DNA from: Albugo candida | Lineage: Eukaryota | Length of the DNA: 64,000 nt | Assembly (NCBI GenBank): GCA_040437565.1 | Contig: JBDOQK010000035.1 | Coordinates: forward strand, 186,001 to 250,000 | Direction: 5' to 3' | In this document: piece by piece, positions 1-11,194 of the stretch | Layout: the number at the start of each line of letters is the position of its first letter | Numbering within the stretch: the first letter of the stretch is position 1 | Program-made: the position numbers and the translations under genes | The notes under the pieces: generated by a model | What the model was told of the DNA's origin: nothing | Database searches by the model: none | The model's input: only the letters and a program-made list of their open reading frames with translations

Positions 1-1825
1 TGGGATTTTGAGAGCGTTGTAACGTTGGGACCACATAATTGGCCATTTTACACTTTCGGAGCAGCATTGAGTAAACTTTAATTTGTTGTCCGCGTTCTAG
101 CAAATAATCAATCGGAACACCACAAACACGAGCCATTTCAATATAATTGACCAGCAATGACAAACTATGCAAAAGTTGTAGAGGAAGAGACGCATCTTTC
201 AAACAGTACACTGCCAAGCGATGACGATCGTCGTCAGTACCACGCTGCAAGTCGCTTATTATTCCATGAGGAACGTCTTCTTTCTGTTGCCCGAGAAATG
301 CGCTACTCACTGCATTGAGAGAGTACGAACTCAGCTGGAAACTTCGTCGCATGATAGGATAAAGATCGAATGTACATCGGCCGTGAATTGTGGTCTTTAT
401 GCTTTCGCTTTTACCGTACTGCGCCGAGCTGAATGTCTTTTTTTCCATATACGCTGATCTGATTTGGAATGTGAAGCAAAAAGCATACAAAAGATGTGTT
501 CACTTGGTACTTACTTGGAAAGTAAACGTCCAAGGTGATCGAAGTCTCTCAGATTCAATTTTTTCCCTCGATTTAAAATATATGGAATATCGAAATTGTC
601 GACGTTGTATCCTGTGATGATATCCGGGTCTATCATTCGAACAAAAGCTGCCCAGCGTTCTAGCATGTCTTCCTCTCGGACAAACTCCAACACAGCGGTA
701 CCGACGATGGGCTTGCAAGTTCCAAGTACAAAAACATTGCGCAAAAGAGGTGTCGAGGACCCCTGCTCCTGCACTATATTTGCAATTTGAATGATTGGAT
801 CCTACAGAAAAACTGAGCATCAATTCATTATCGACCAAGTCAGACTCACGTGCTCTGCATCTGGAAAATGACCTTTTCTTCCCATACATTCAATGTCAAA
901 ACTTAATACACGAAATGGGGCTAGCTTGCTCCAATGTCCAGTGGGAGCATGACTCTTCAAGTCTGTGAATGCAACATCAAGCTCCAATTGGCAAGATGAT
1001 TGCTTCTCGATTGCACTTCGCATGGAATACATGCCTTTTGCAGCCTGAAGCCAATTGCAGCCTTGAATTTCTTTATCAATCATGAATCGCAAGAGGAACG
1101 GAACATTGCTTTCATATGTCTGATAGGAACGGAAACCTACATCTAATAGAGACACATTCTCAGCCATTGTTACAAAATATAGCACAATAAAGCAAACCTG
1201 GTAGAGAAACTCCATTTTCAAGTAAAGTTCGCACTTTTGGAACGAATGCTGGCATACTGACATAAAGTTTCCATACCGTCATTTCGATGTCAAATTGAAA
1301 GCCATAAATGGATTTAAGGTTGCGAACAACTTCGAGCCCAATTATAGGTGGAGAGCCAGATTTCATCGTCGAATCCAAAGCTTTGTTGAGTGCTTGACGC
1401 ACTTGACCACACTTGCTAGAATCAAAACTCTCGGTACAAGCGACATAGAAATACGGCATGAACCCGTGAACATGTAATAGTACGCTGTTGCCAGTTGCGG
1501 TCACGCCATAAACGCGAATTACTGGAACAAGCTGAGTTGAGTTCTCAGAGTAGATCTTCGATCCCACCTCTGTGTGAAAGTGAAGAGGCGGTCGGTCATA
1601 CATATCAACATCAATCCATTGAAAGTCGATAGAGGATGTGGTCGGATCGACTTTGTCCAATGAGGAACGATGCCAGCTCTGTTTTGTACCTTGTTGTCCG
1701 TCAGTCGTGTCCTTATTTGCTTTATCTTGATGATCGTTTATCCTCATCCGTTTCTCTTCCCCCATGTCGCCGATCTCATTTCTCATGCCGCCATTTGGGT
1801 TCGTTCGCTTGCAGCTTACTGTCAT
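1..1825 (-). CDS. POLD1: DNA polymerase delta catalytic subunit, N-terminal and exonuclease exons; multi-exon, runs off the window start
   Basis: Exon translations give VPVIRVYGVTATGNSVLLHVHGFMPYFY, TYESNVPFLLRFMID, ExoI LSFDIEC, ExoII PDIITGYNVDNFDIPY, ExoIII LAVYCLKDA and RGQQIKV. GT-AG introns join them. The start at ATG 1825 is inferred. Confidence 0.95.
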
Positions 1826-1920
1826 TATAATGGCGCCAATTTTCGCGAATCCAGCTAAATGTACCGCCCGTTTATTGGAGGATATGCAAAGATTATTCAC
1901 CAATCGGTATCATCACATGT

Positions 1921-3528
1921 CTATTGCATGAAAACACATCTTTCTGTCTCACTATTGTCTGTGTCTTGCAAAAAATTCCTCCACACGATCGGAAATTGAT
2001 CGGCAAGTAAGAGCTTGAGTTCATTTCTCCTTTCTTCCACGAAAATTTTCTTCTCCAAATATTCAATAAATTGTACCCCCAATCGCTGGAAAGTATGACA
2101 CATTTCGTCGCTCATTTTCGTGAATTTTTGAATATTACTTAATCGTTTCAGTATGGCTTTAGCTGTTTCGCTGGTCAAGTCTTGCCTTTGGACGTTCTTT
2201 GATGTGTTTTCTGCTGTTTTGCTTATGTTTTTGTGCTTTTTTGACTCTTCACAAAATTTCCCGCAAAATGTCTTTGCCTTTTCACGAATGGCGCGAAGAC
2301 ACACATACCAGTTCGTTTTGAGCTTTTCAATGCCAATTACATTGTGCTCAGTATCCATAAATATATTAACGACACCTTCAAACCCGTACGCCAAACGCAC
2401 CGAATCCATTAATATCTGTATGTTGACAGTATTATATTCTACCAAGTCGAATGGTACCGTTTGTACTTTACAGTGCTGCATGAACAAGAGAGGAAGCACA
2501 GGATTCATGGTGATTTTGGTGTCGCTTAAAGGTTCGAGATCCGGAAATGACAATGCGTAAAACAACGGTGTATCTGTGAGAAGGTGATCCAGAGCCTCAA
2601 CATGCTGATGGCTTGGACATAACACTTCAAAGCAAGCGGTTGCTCGAGTTTGCCAAAGGAAGTCACATATCATCTCGCGTGAATCAATTGGCAAATTTTC
2701 AATCATCTGCAAGATGGCTGTGCCAAGTGGGAGAGCAGCCCGATAGGCTCCACATTTTGTGTTATCTTGACAGCAAGCTACTTTAATTTCGTCCATGGTG
2801 GAAACGAGGAAATGGGTATTTTTCGACCCAATCGCGAATATGTACTCATTATGGATCGTCTTCAAAACTGCCAGATGACCCGCTTCACCATTCTCTTTTC
2901 GTGTTACAAGAATATGTTTACTCTTTGAAATTGGCTCACTGAAAAACTTGGACGCAATCTTCTTTTCCACCTGATAGTCGTCTTCCTGACCTGTGAATTT
3001 CGGATATCCCCGGATTACTGGAAAGTAATGTTTCTCACGTGGGTTTGAGTCGCTATCAGTAGCCAATGGTGGATGTAACAGTAAGAAATTACCTCGAGGC
3101 ATGTGACTGCGGGCGTAATCAGATTCCTGGTAGACTTTATCATCTGGTTTTCGCCTTTTTCCAACCCGAATGTCAATTCCAGATAGCTGATGCTGCCCAA
3201 GAGATGGAGCGAATAGCATCCGATCGTCAATCTGAACGTCGTTTTCCATTTCTTGTGCTTTCTCCACATGCTCCTTCCAGCTCTGAGCATGTCTCGAGAC
3301 ATATTCGTAAAAGGTGGAAAATGGTGCTCCATTCGTATCGCTATGCATTTTCGCCATGAAAGTCTGAATCTGAGTATAGCCTTTCACCGCATTGATGAAC
3401 AAATGCTGTCGACTCGGATCCTGTCGCAATGTATTGAGAAGATGTTCGATCTGTGCTTCAATAGTGGGTGAGAATTGGTTATGTGGTGGAGATAGCTCGA
3501 AAATCTTGCAATTAGTTGGATGTGTCAT
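1921..3528 (-). CDS. Stand-alone ATP-dependent RNA ligase, Trl1/T4 Rnl1-like adenylyltransferase domain
   Basis: Intronless 535-aa ORF with motifs in Trl1 order: PRG, IRGYPKF, motif I RKENG (K211), GSKNTH, motif III TACFEVL..HQH, motif IV EGVV, motif V EKLK and YVCLRAIRE. Confidence 0.75.
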   Translation of the reverse strand: MTHPTNCKIFELSPPHNQFSPTIEAQIEHLLNTLRQDPSRQHLFINAVKGYTQIQTFMAKMHSDTNGAPFSTFYEYVSRHAQSWKEHVEKAQEMENDVQIDDRMLFAPSLGQHQLSGIDIRVGKRRKPDDKVYQESDYARSHMPRGNFLLLHPPLATDSDSNPREKHYFPVIRGYPKFTGQEDDYQVEKKIASKFFSEPISKSKHILVTRKENGEAGHLAVLKTIHNEYIFAIGSKNTHFLVSTMDEIKVACCQDNTKCGAYRAALPLGTAILQMIENLPIDSREMICDFLWQTRATACFEVLCPSHQHVEALDHLLTDTPLFYALSFPDLEPLSDTKITMNPVLPLLFMQHCKVQTVPFDLVEYNTVNIQILMDSVRLAYGFEGVVNIFMDTEHNVIGIEKLKTNWYVCLRAIREKAKTFCGKFCEESKKHKNISKTAENTSKNVQRQDLTSETAKAILKRLSNIQKFTKMSDEMCHTFQRLGVQFIEYLEKKIFVEERRNELKLLLADQFPIVWRNFLQDTDNSETERCVFMQ

Positions 3529-6500
3529 TGCTCAGCGGCAAGCGCATTCTATGACGATGTCATACATCAATTGTCGCAGGATATAAGTTGTTACTATACG
3601 CTGGAGTCCGATTTATTGNNNNNNNNNNNNNNNNNNNNNNNNNNNNNNNNNNNNNNNNNNNNNNNNNNNNNNNNNNNNNNNNNNNNNNNNNNNNNNNNNN
3701 NNNNNNNNNNNNNNNNNNTCCGATTTATTGTCCGATCGAGGCTCACAGATCTATGTTTTCGGGCAATACCATGTGGCTATTTGGTAACAAACGACACCAT
3801 TCGACATGTATGCATTGTAACCAATTCTATATGAGTATTCCACCCACTTTTGGATTACATTGTATTTGCTTTATCACACATTGTAGCCTGGCAACAGTAC
3901 TGGCTGGTTTCGATGCTAAAAATCAAATCCCACGGAGAAAATCTACTGTTCAATATGAAAGGAAGCGGAAGAAAAGACGTTCATGTTCATTGTGATTGCT
4001 AGATGATAATATGGAAATTTAAGCGCGTATTTCTCCTAACAAAGTGTATGCAAAATCAAAGCCTTTATAGTTGAGGAGCCGTAAAAAACGACAAAAACAA
4101 CTTGAGAAGCGATTGCGAGCTCTCAGATATGTTGATACGAATCGAAAGAAGGCCATTTTCCGACATTTATCCTCGCCCAAAACAGAAAAGTGGTGCTGAA
4201 AGAGTTGAGAAGATCATTCTACTCGCATCAACACTTTGCTTTGGAGAATCATCGGACTGGAAGTTAGGTTGGCGAATCCTTAGTTTGCCTATCCCATTCA
4301 ACTGCTAAGAGAATATATTTCATCACCTGAATAAAACGACAGCCATATCGTGACTTCAGATTTGTCCAAACGGTACACTTTCGCTCGTCGAATATACAAT
4401 TGCATGAGGATGAATTTAACAGTGGAAATTCGCCACACTGGAAGAAATTTCGTATGGATCAATGAGCACTTTTAGTTGGATAAAGCACGAAGAACTCCAG
4501 CTGTGCATCAATATAGACAGGATTCTAGCAAAACTTGCATGCAGCACATTCAAATAATAGTTTTAAAATACACAGTATCGCATGCGGCAGCACAGTTTGA
4601 TCAGTATGACACGCTGCGTATGTGTGAGTAGCAGTAGGTAAAGGCAAAGGCCGCTGAGGTCATCTGTGATGACAGCGATGTTATCAGCCGTCTATGTTGT
4701 ACGATGAGACTTCAAAATCAACTCAGACTTACTACGGCTGTTGCATCGTGCAAAACCCACAATAAATAAAAAAATAACGAGAAGTACGAAACAACTGTAC
4801 GACACCAACATCAACGTCGCTTCCATCACCCTCACATCATTCAACATCATTCAATAACTTGGCTCTACTTTTCACGTGCTATTTCACGTTCGATGCGATA
4901 AGTACTATCAAGGACAAGCGTCACAAACGTTGGCTCAAAGTGCAAACAAGACGGGACGTGCAAGCTCCCACCCTATTTTCTTGGTATAGATAAGTGGCAA
5001 ATGACATGTAATCTCGAAATGAAGTGAGCTGTGAAGCATGGATAATAATATCGATCTTCAAGACGTGACTTGAGTAGCTCACTCCGCAGTCGAGACATCT
5101 CGATTTTCGACACATGCTGCTACTATTCGAGACAACAGTACATCAGAATAGCAATAAAGACTCTTGTGCACAACTTTGTAATGCCGTCAAGCATTCTTTC
5201 GAGTGCAAGCTCTGTTTGCTGGAGCTATTGCGTCGTATTCAAAAAGCACTTGCCGTCATACGGCATTCACTACGACCTACACTGCTGTTTTTGCACTCGG
5301 GTGTTATGACTCCAAAATGTGTATTTGCCAAAATAGGTGTGAGGTCGTGGCTTAAGGGTATTTAATCTCGAAAGTCCTTTCTAAAAACATCCGTCTACCC
5401 TCGTCATTGATAGTATACACGACATGATTGACGATCATTTTGCACAGCAAACACGTTTTCCTAGAGGAAGTAGTCAAACTATATGTTCACCTGCTTTCAC
5501 GCATGAGTGAGGCATTACTAGCTTCATGACCATCAATTATAATCATCTGAACCTGATAGCTTTGCTATTTCCTCAATGTAGTCATATTTGAGATGAACAG
5601 GTTGGACTAACAGTAGTAACCTTCCAATCCGTATTGCTCCTTGACGTCTTCAGTCGACTATAAGTAGCCTAGATTCAATGACATAAGGACACATACTATT
5701 CTCAAAAGAGTCACTCTATTCCTACATAACGATGACATGAGCTGCCCATGTAATACCACAAAGCTACGTGTAAACTCATACAAGTAGACTTTTGGAGGTT
5801 CGTCTCATCGGAAAATACCTGTCGAACACGATTCAAGCTCGTCTTCCTCTACGTGGCTTGAGCGCACTTTCGTAATCCTTGTATCTAAGTAGATATCGAT
5901 TTGATAACTGCCAGGGCGAGTAGGAGTCAAGATACATTACATCATTCCCCCAAGATCGACGCCGCGTGGACAATACTGTCAATTAACCTGAGAAGACCTC
6001 TGTGTTTCGTATGTTCAACGCTAGAATGCTATTTTACCTGCTGCCTTCCCACCTGACTTTCCATTTTTTGACCCCCAGATCACGCTAGACTTCTAAAATG
6101 ATATTTTGAGAGAACACGACTTTCAGTAAGTAGTATGAGAGAAATTAAAGACAATCAGCGGGCCCAGATATGCAGCTCTCGATACACCAGCTTCTACACG
6201 GAAATACGAGACCGAGATATACAGTATGATCCATTCCCATAAGTTGGCTCGACATGCGCATACTCGTCGATGGTAGCTACGAATCGGAAGAGGGAACCTT
6301 TCAGATAGCAAAGTCCGCAATCGAGAGATATCATGCAGAGGCGAAGCATTGGCGTGAAGTATAAATTGGAGCCTTTTACCAGAGGCTTTTCTAATGAAAT
6401 CGTATATATATTTGAAAAAACTATAGAAAAAGATATTAGTATAGGATTGTTGGTATGTCTTGCCGCTGATAGNNNNNNNNNNNNNNNNNNNNNNNNNNNN

Positions 6501-8545
6501 NNNNNNNNNNNNNNNNNNNNNNNNNNNNNNNNNNNNNNNNNNNNNNNNNNNNNNNNNNNNNNNNNNNNNNNNTTTTACCGTCAATGCGCATAGTACTTAT
6601 AACTCTGTCATGTTAAATACCGCATCAGATGTAAGATTTGCCGATTGAAACGCAGCAAACATAACCCACAGCTTTTGCAACCTTGGTCAACGATTGAATC
6701 TATTTTCTCTTGCAAAATTTGCGATGCCACTTTTCGTTGACTTATTAATCATTCAATATTGATAAAAAATGACCTACAGAGAAAAAAATTGGGCATGCGG
6801 AAAACTTTTTTCAGAAGCTATCTCAGGGGCACCATCTCGGCTTTAGTTTTGTACTTGAGATGAAATCAAATAATGCAGTCAACCTCTTGTCGATCATATA
6901 TTCAAGCCATGATAGTTAGATATCTCCCTTCTCTGGGACCAAGACTTTATCTATGATGGCAGAATACGTGGTGCTGTCTTTAAGGAAGGAAGGACCGCCA
7001 GTATTTTCTAGCGTCGTCGTATTGCGGCACACAAGAAAAAAAGCGATAAGTATTCGTTCTCAAATGGACAGCTGCCCGGCCAATAATTAAAATGAAGGTA
7101 AAAAGACTGTTAGTTTTTTATTGATTATTGCTTTACATGCTGATAAGGCCAACCGTACAATAGATTATGCGCGTGTGCATCGCCACGGTTGACGTGGTCA
7201 TATGGTCATAACCATCATCAGAATCATGATGGTCTTACGGCTACTTGATCATTATAATTTGTTTTTCAAATCACCACCATTATAAGTAGAACCATCACGA
7301 CCGTCATGAATGCCATCCGTATCAGAATCACTATCATCATGATCAAGAAATAATAATTATTTTCTGAATGGTTATCGTTTTATTGATGCGCGCAATGGCA
7401 TCAATGGTCATCAAAATCTTCATATAATTTTGTTCTATCCGAACGTATCAGTCGTCCATTTGATTTTGATATTGCCAAGTTTTCATGTGCTTGAGCTGCT
7501 TGAGAACGTTCGTAGCCATCCTTTTCTTAACTTTGGAAGGCGTGCGATAAATTCTAGCACATGAGAAATCACCGCAAGCGTTGAGAGTGATCGACATGGC
7601 TCGCGCTCTTCCTGCTAGTCTAATCGATTGATCTTGTCTACAGCGCTAGCTTAAAAAAGATGTCATTTCCAATATACAGTATTACAAGGCCAGCCCTTGT
7701 ATACGAAAGTGATTTGCTTGAACTAGCGCAACGTATATCTAAGATTGACAGAAGACAACAATAGACAGGCCTCTCACATGCGATCTTGGGAGTGAGTAAT
7801 GCTGATTGGCATTGTGGTTCAGGAACACTGCTTATATCTGCACTTCAGATTGTTGATCATTATTGGTATGAGTGTTGCACATGAAGTCTAATGGATGCCT
7901 GTGGCATTCAAAAAATGTGTGTATCACTACTCTTCGGTAACGAATGAAACCATGAAAGCTTGCCCCCTTTGTGCAAGTCACACGAACTGCAGGTCCATTG
8001 TTGTGACACCTTCTGTAGATTGCTGTATTCCNNNNNNNNNNNNNNNNNNNNNNNNNNNNNNNNNNNNNNNNNNNNNNNNNNNNNNNNNNNNNNNNNNNNN
8101 NNNNNNNNNNNNNNNNNNNNNNNNNNNNNNNTTCAAAAGCTTTTCGCTAATGAAATGACGATTGCAGAAAGATTATTTACCCAGCTGACGATTGTCGCTA
8201 TTCTCAATTCATTCGAACAAACTCCCGGAACCGTTGAAATCCATCCCTTCAGTGCTTTTGATAATTCCGCTCAGTTTGATATGATTGGCTCATTATATGC
8301 TTGCATGGTGCTAAGGTACGCCTAGCTAAGGGACAATATGATCGCGTCACCCGCTGCTTTTCGACGTGAGCTATTCTACGCTCAACTTTGCAATTACTTA
8401 CTCTATTTACCGTTCGCGTTTGTTCGTGTAGCTCATTGTTGTTANNNNNNNNNNNNNNNNNNNNNNNNNNNNNNNNNNNNNNNNNNNNNNNNNNNNNNNN
8501 NNNNNNNNNNNNNNNNNNNNNNNNNNNNNNNNNNNNNNNNNNNNC

Positions 8546-9448
8546 TTTCAAAGCCAAAATGCACTTTTCTTCTTCACCTTTTATATTGGGTATCCTTTGA
8601 ATGTATTCTTCACTTGTGAGCTTCAATTCCCCTTCGAGACCGTCGATGATGAAACGTATATCTGGGAGTTTGAATTTGGTAACTGAGTCGCAGTCGAATG
8701 CTTGAAAGCTGGTGTATTCTGTAGTGAGACCATGAACGATCATCGAATAAAATTTACTCGGAACCCAGCTGATTAATCTTGAAAAGTCAAAGTAAACAGT
8801 ACTTGGTGCTTCTATCCCACGTACATACTCAGCAGAATACCCGACCTTGACCGTCGCAACAAAGAAACCGATTCCAAATGATTTAATATCTAACCAAGGA
8901 TACTTACCTGGTATTGTAGCCCAACCGTCCTCGTTATGTGTCGGATAGACGCGGATACTAAACGTAAATGGTGGGTTCCATTGCAAGGCAATGGCCATAG
9001 GCGTATGCGGTTCTTTGCGAAGTATTCGATCTAAGAGAAAACCAGTGACCATCAACTCGGACACAGACTTGATACGAGGATGCTTTTTTAGGTCATACGT
9101 TAAATCCTGTTCCCATGGCTTGAAATAGTGACTATTAGATGAGTCCCGATCTGGCTTATGGAACACGCAGGGTAGCAGGAGTGATAAGTGATGTTGTGGA
9201 CTTTTGTTGTCAGTATACGTTATGCCTTTGTCAGCTGCGACAATGAATGTCCCATCATGTGGACCCTCAGGTGTGTCAAGTTTCCACTTGTTCGCACCTT
9301 CGTATTCAGCTTCAAGCACAAACACGACGTTTTCGTAATTATCAGATAGTTTCAATTGCTTTGCATAGAAGATATGCACGTCACATGATAAAAATAGACT
9401 CATCTTTGAAAGGCAAAGGACACAGAAGTGCAAAAGAGCGGTCTTCAT
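8546..9448 (-). CDS. Secreted degenerate pepsin-like (A1 aspartic protease fold) protein, copy 1; 3' end lost in a gap
   Basis: Signal-peptide-like MKTALLHFCVLCLS. The C-lobe pattern FDC..LPDIRFII..LKLTSEEYI..EKCILAL is present. Catalytic motifs appear as LDTP and YFDFS. Confidence 0.6.
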
Positions 9449-10266
9449 GATTCGATAAGTTTGCAAGTGATTACAACGTTGCTTTTTAAAATGTGAGCTG
9501 TGATCGTGCTTTAATGTATCATTTCAAATAGTGGGATATCAGCTTTTAACAGCTGAGCTTTCAAATTCGGAAAATGTATCTGCCAATCAAAAAAGCGAGT
9601 ATATTTAGGGCAGGGCTGTTAAAAAAAAACGTTGACTCGCGATCGGTCCGTATGCATTATGGGGATATAGCAAGACGTGTGATAGCATATGGATTAGCAC
9701 ATTGCATCGTTGCCGGCTATTGCATATCAAAATCGCCGTATGGTGGAGACCAACATTGACGCACTGACTTTATATAAAAGCGGCTATTGTGACACCAAAT
9801 TACTTCTTGAATGTTTTATATCCGAAAGTTCAAACAGATATGGCTTTTGTGTTAGATGATTGGCTATAATTATATCAGAGAACCTAACGTTACCCTAAAG
9901 TGGGACATCGAAAGCCTTCTAACCTTAATATATCTCAATATATGTAACCCACAAAAGTTGAGTCGATTTTCGCGTGTATGAACTGCGAATCGCGCCGGGT
10001 GCGTTTTGGAGCGGAAATGGTTCACTCGTCAGGAAACATTCTACCTTAGTTCGACCGGGTTATTCGTGCACTTTTTGTGCCTCCACAATCATCCGAACAA
10101 AATTGATAGGTTGATAGAAACTACGGGTAGGGGGTAGAGCGAGCACGTTTACTTGGTCCAGACAGCGTGGTATGTGACCGGAGCAGGCTGCATAATGATG
10201 CTCCCTGCCTAACGTTGTAAAGACTCTAGTTGAGGCATTATTTGAACGATATCGATCATAGAGCAA

Positions 10267-10968
10267 TCAGCGCGAAAGTCTCTGTCGCTTTGCTTTTACT
10301 TTGTGTTTAAACTGCTTGCGCTTTGTCACCTTGCGTGTTTCCCCAATCGCAGGGTCGATGTGCTCCATCGTCTCGGGCTCATCTGTTGATCGCACAAAGT
10401 CTTCAGCCGGGTATAGATCTGACATGTCGTCGTGATCGGTGCTCTTCGCGTTGCGCCTTTTTCCCACATCATCAACATCTTCCGAAATCATATTGTCGTC
10501 CATCTTGTCAGCAAGGAAAGATTCGTCGATTTCAGAAACTTCTACATCCGACTCAAACACTTTGTGATTTTCGTTTTCAAAAGCATTCGCATCAAACTCC
10601 GGCTCCTCGGGTGCTCCCTCCAATGTCTTTGGCATGCTCTGAAGGAGACGTTGATATCGCTTCCCATTGACGTGCTTTTCGACTTGCTCTGGAATGCGAT
10701 TGAGAGTCGTCTGTGTCACATTACAATACAAACACTTTGGTTTTCTTCGATGTGGTATAATGTGAGGTCTATACTTGGAAAAGTCGTAATTATACCAATC
10801 TTTAGCCTTGAGTAATGCTTTCGAGCGTAAATGCTGCAGGATAACTGCTTCCTTAGGAACCATGTCGTGCTTTGTTAACGTGCATTGAACCCGAGTGCCA
10901 TTTCTCTGCGTTTCGATTACACGCAAAAAGTCAGTTGAATTCACCAGTTGACGAACTTTTGCATCCAT
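10267..10968 (-). CDS. SURF2: Surfeit locus protein 2-like
   Basis: RVQCTLTKHDM..HLRSK and FSKYRPHIIP..CLYCNVTQTTLNRIPEQVEKHVNGKRY, followed by an acidic tail and a basic C-terminus. Confidence 0.85.
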   Translation of the reverse strand: MDAKVRQLVNSTDFLRVIETQRNGTRVQCTLTKHDMVPKEAVILQHLRSKALLKAKDWYNYDFSKYRPHIIPHRRKPKCLYCNVTQTTLNRIPEQVEKHVNGKRYQRLLQSMPKTLEGAPEEPEFDANAFENENHKVFESDVEVSEIDESFLADKMDDNMISEDVDDVGKRRNAKSTDHDDMSDLYPAEDFVRSTDEPETMEHIDPAIGETRKVTKRKQFKHKVKAKRQRLSR

Positions 10969-11194
10969 TCGCTACCAAAAAAAAAAAAAAAAAAAAAGCG
11001 TATTATAATATAATCGATTNNNNNNNNNNNNNNNNNNNNNNNNNNNNNNNNNNNNNNNNNNNNNNNNNNNNNNNNNNNNNNNNNNNNNNNNNNNNNNNNN
11101 NNNNNNNNNNNNNNNNNNNCGCTACCAATAGCGTATTATAATATAATCGATTTATAAGAAATCAAGGGTATTTCTCGATAATAAACTATTCATA

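Noticed and set aside
7863-7877. 15-bp match TTGGTATGAGTGTTG also found near 30391, upstream of secreted-gene remnants
   Set aside because: A single short match without extended homology cannot be separated from chance.
10972-11152. Poly(A) tract upstream of SURF2 as a retro-insertion tail
   Set aside because: The same flanks recur across the gap without the tract (GCTACCAATAGCG), so a contig-end artefact is likely.
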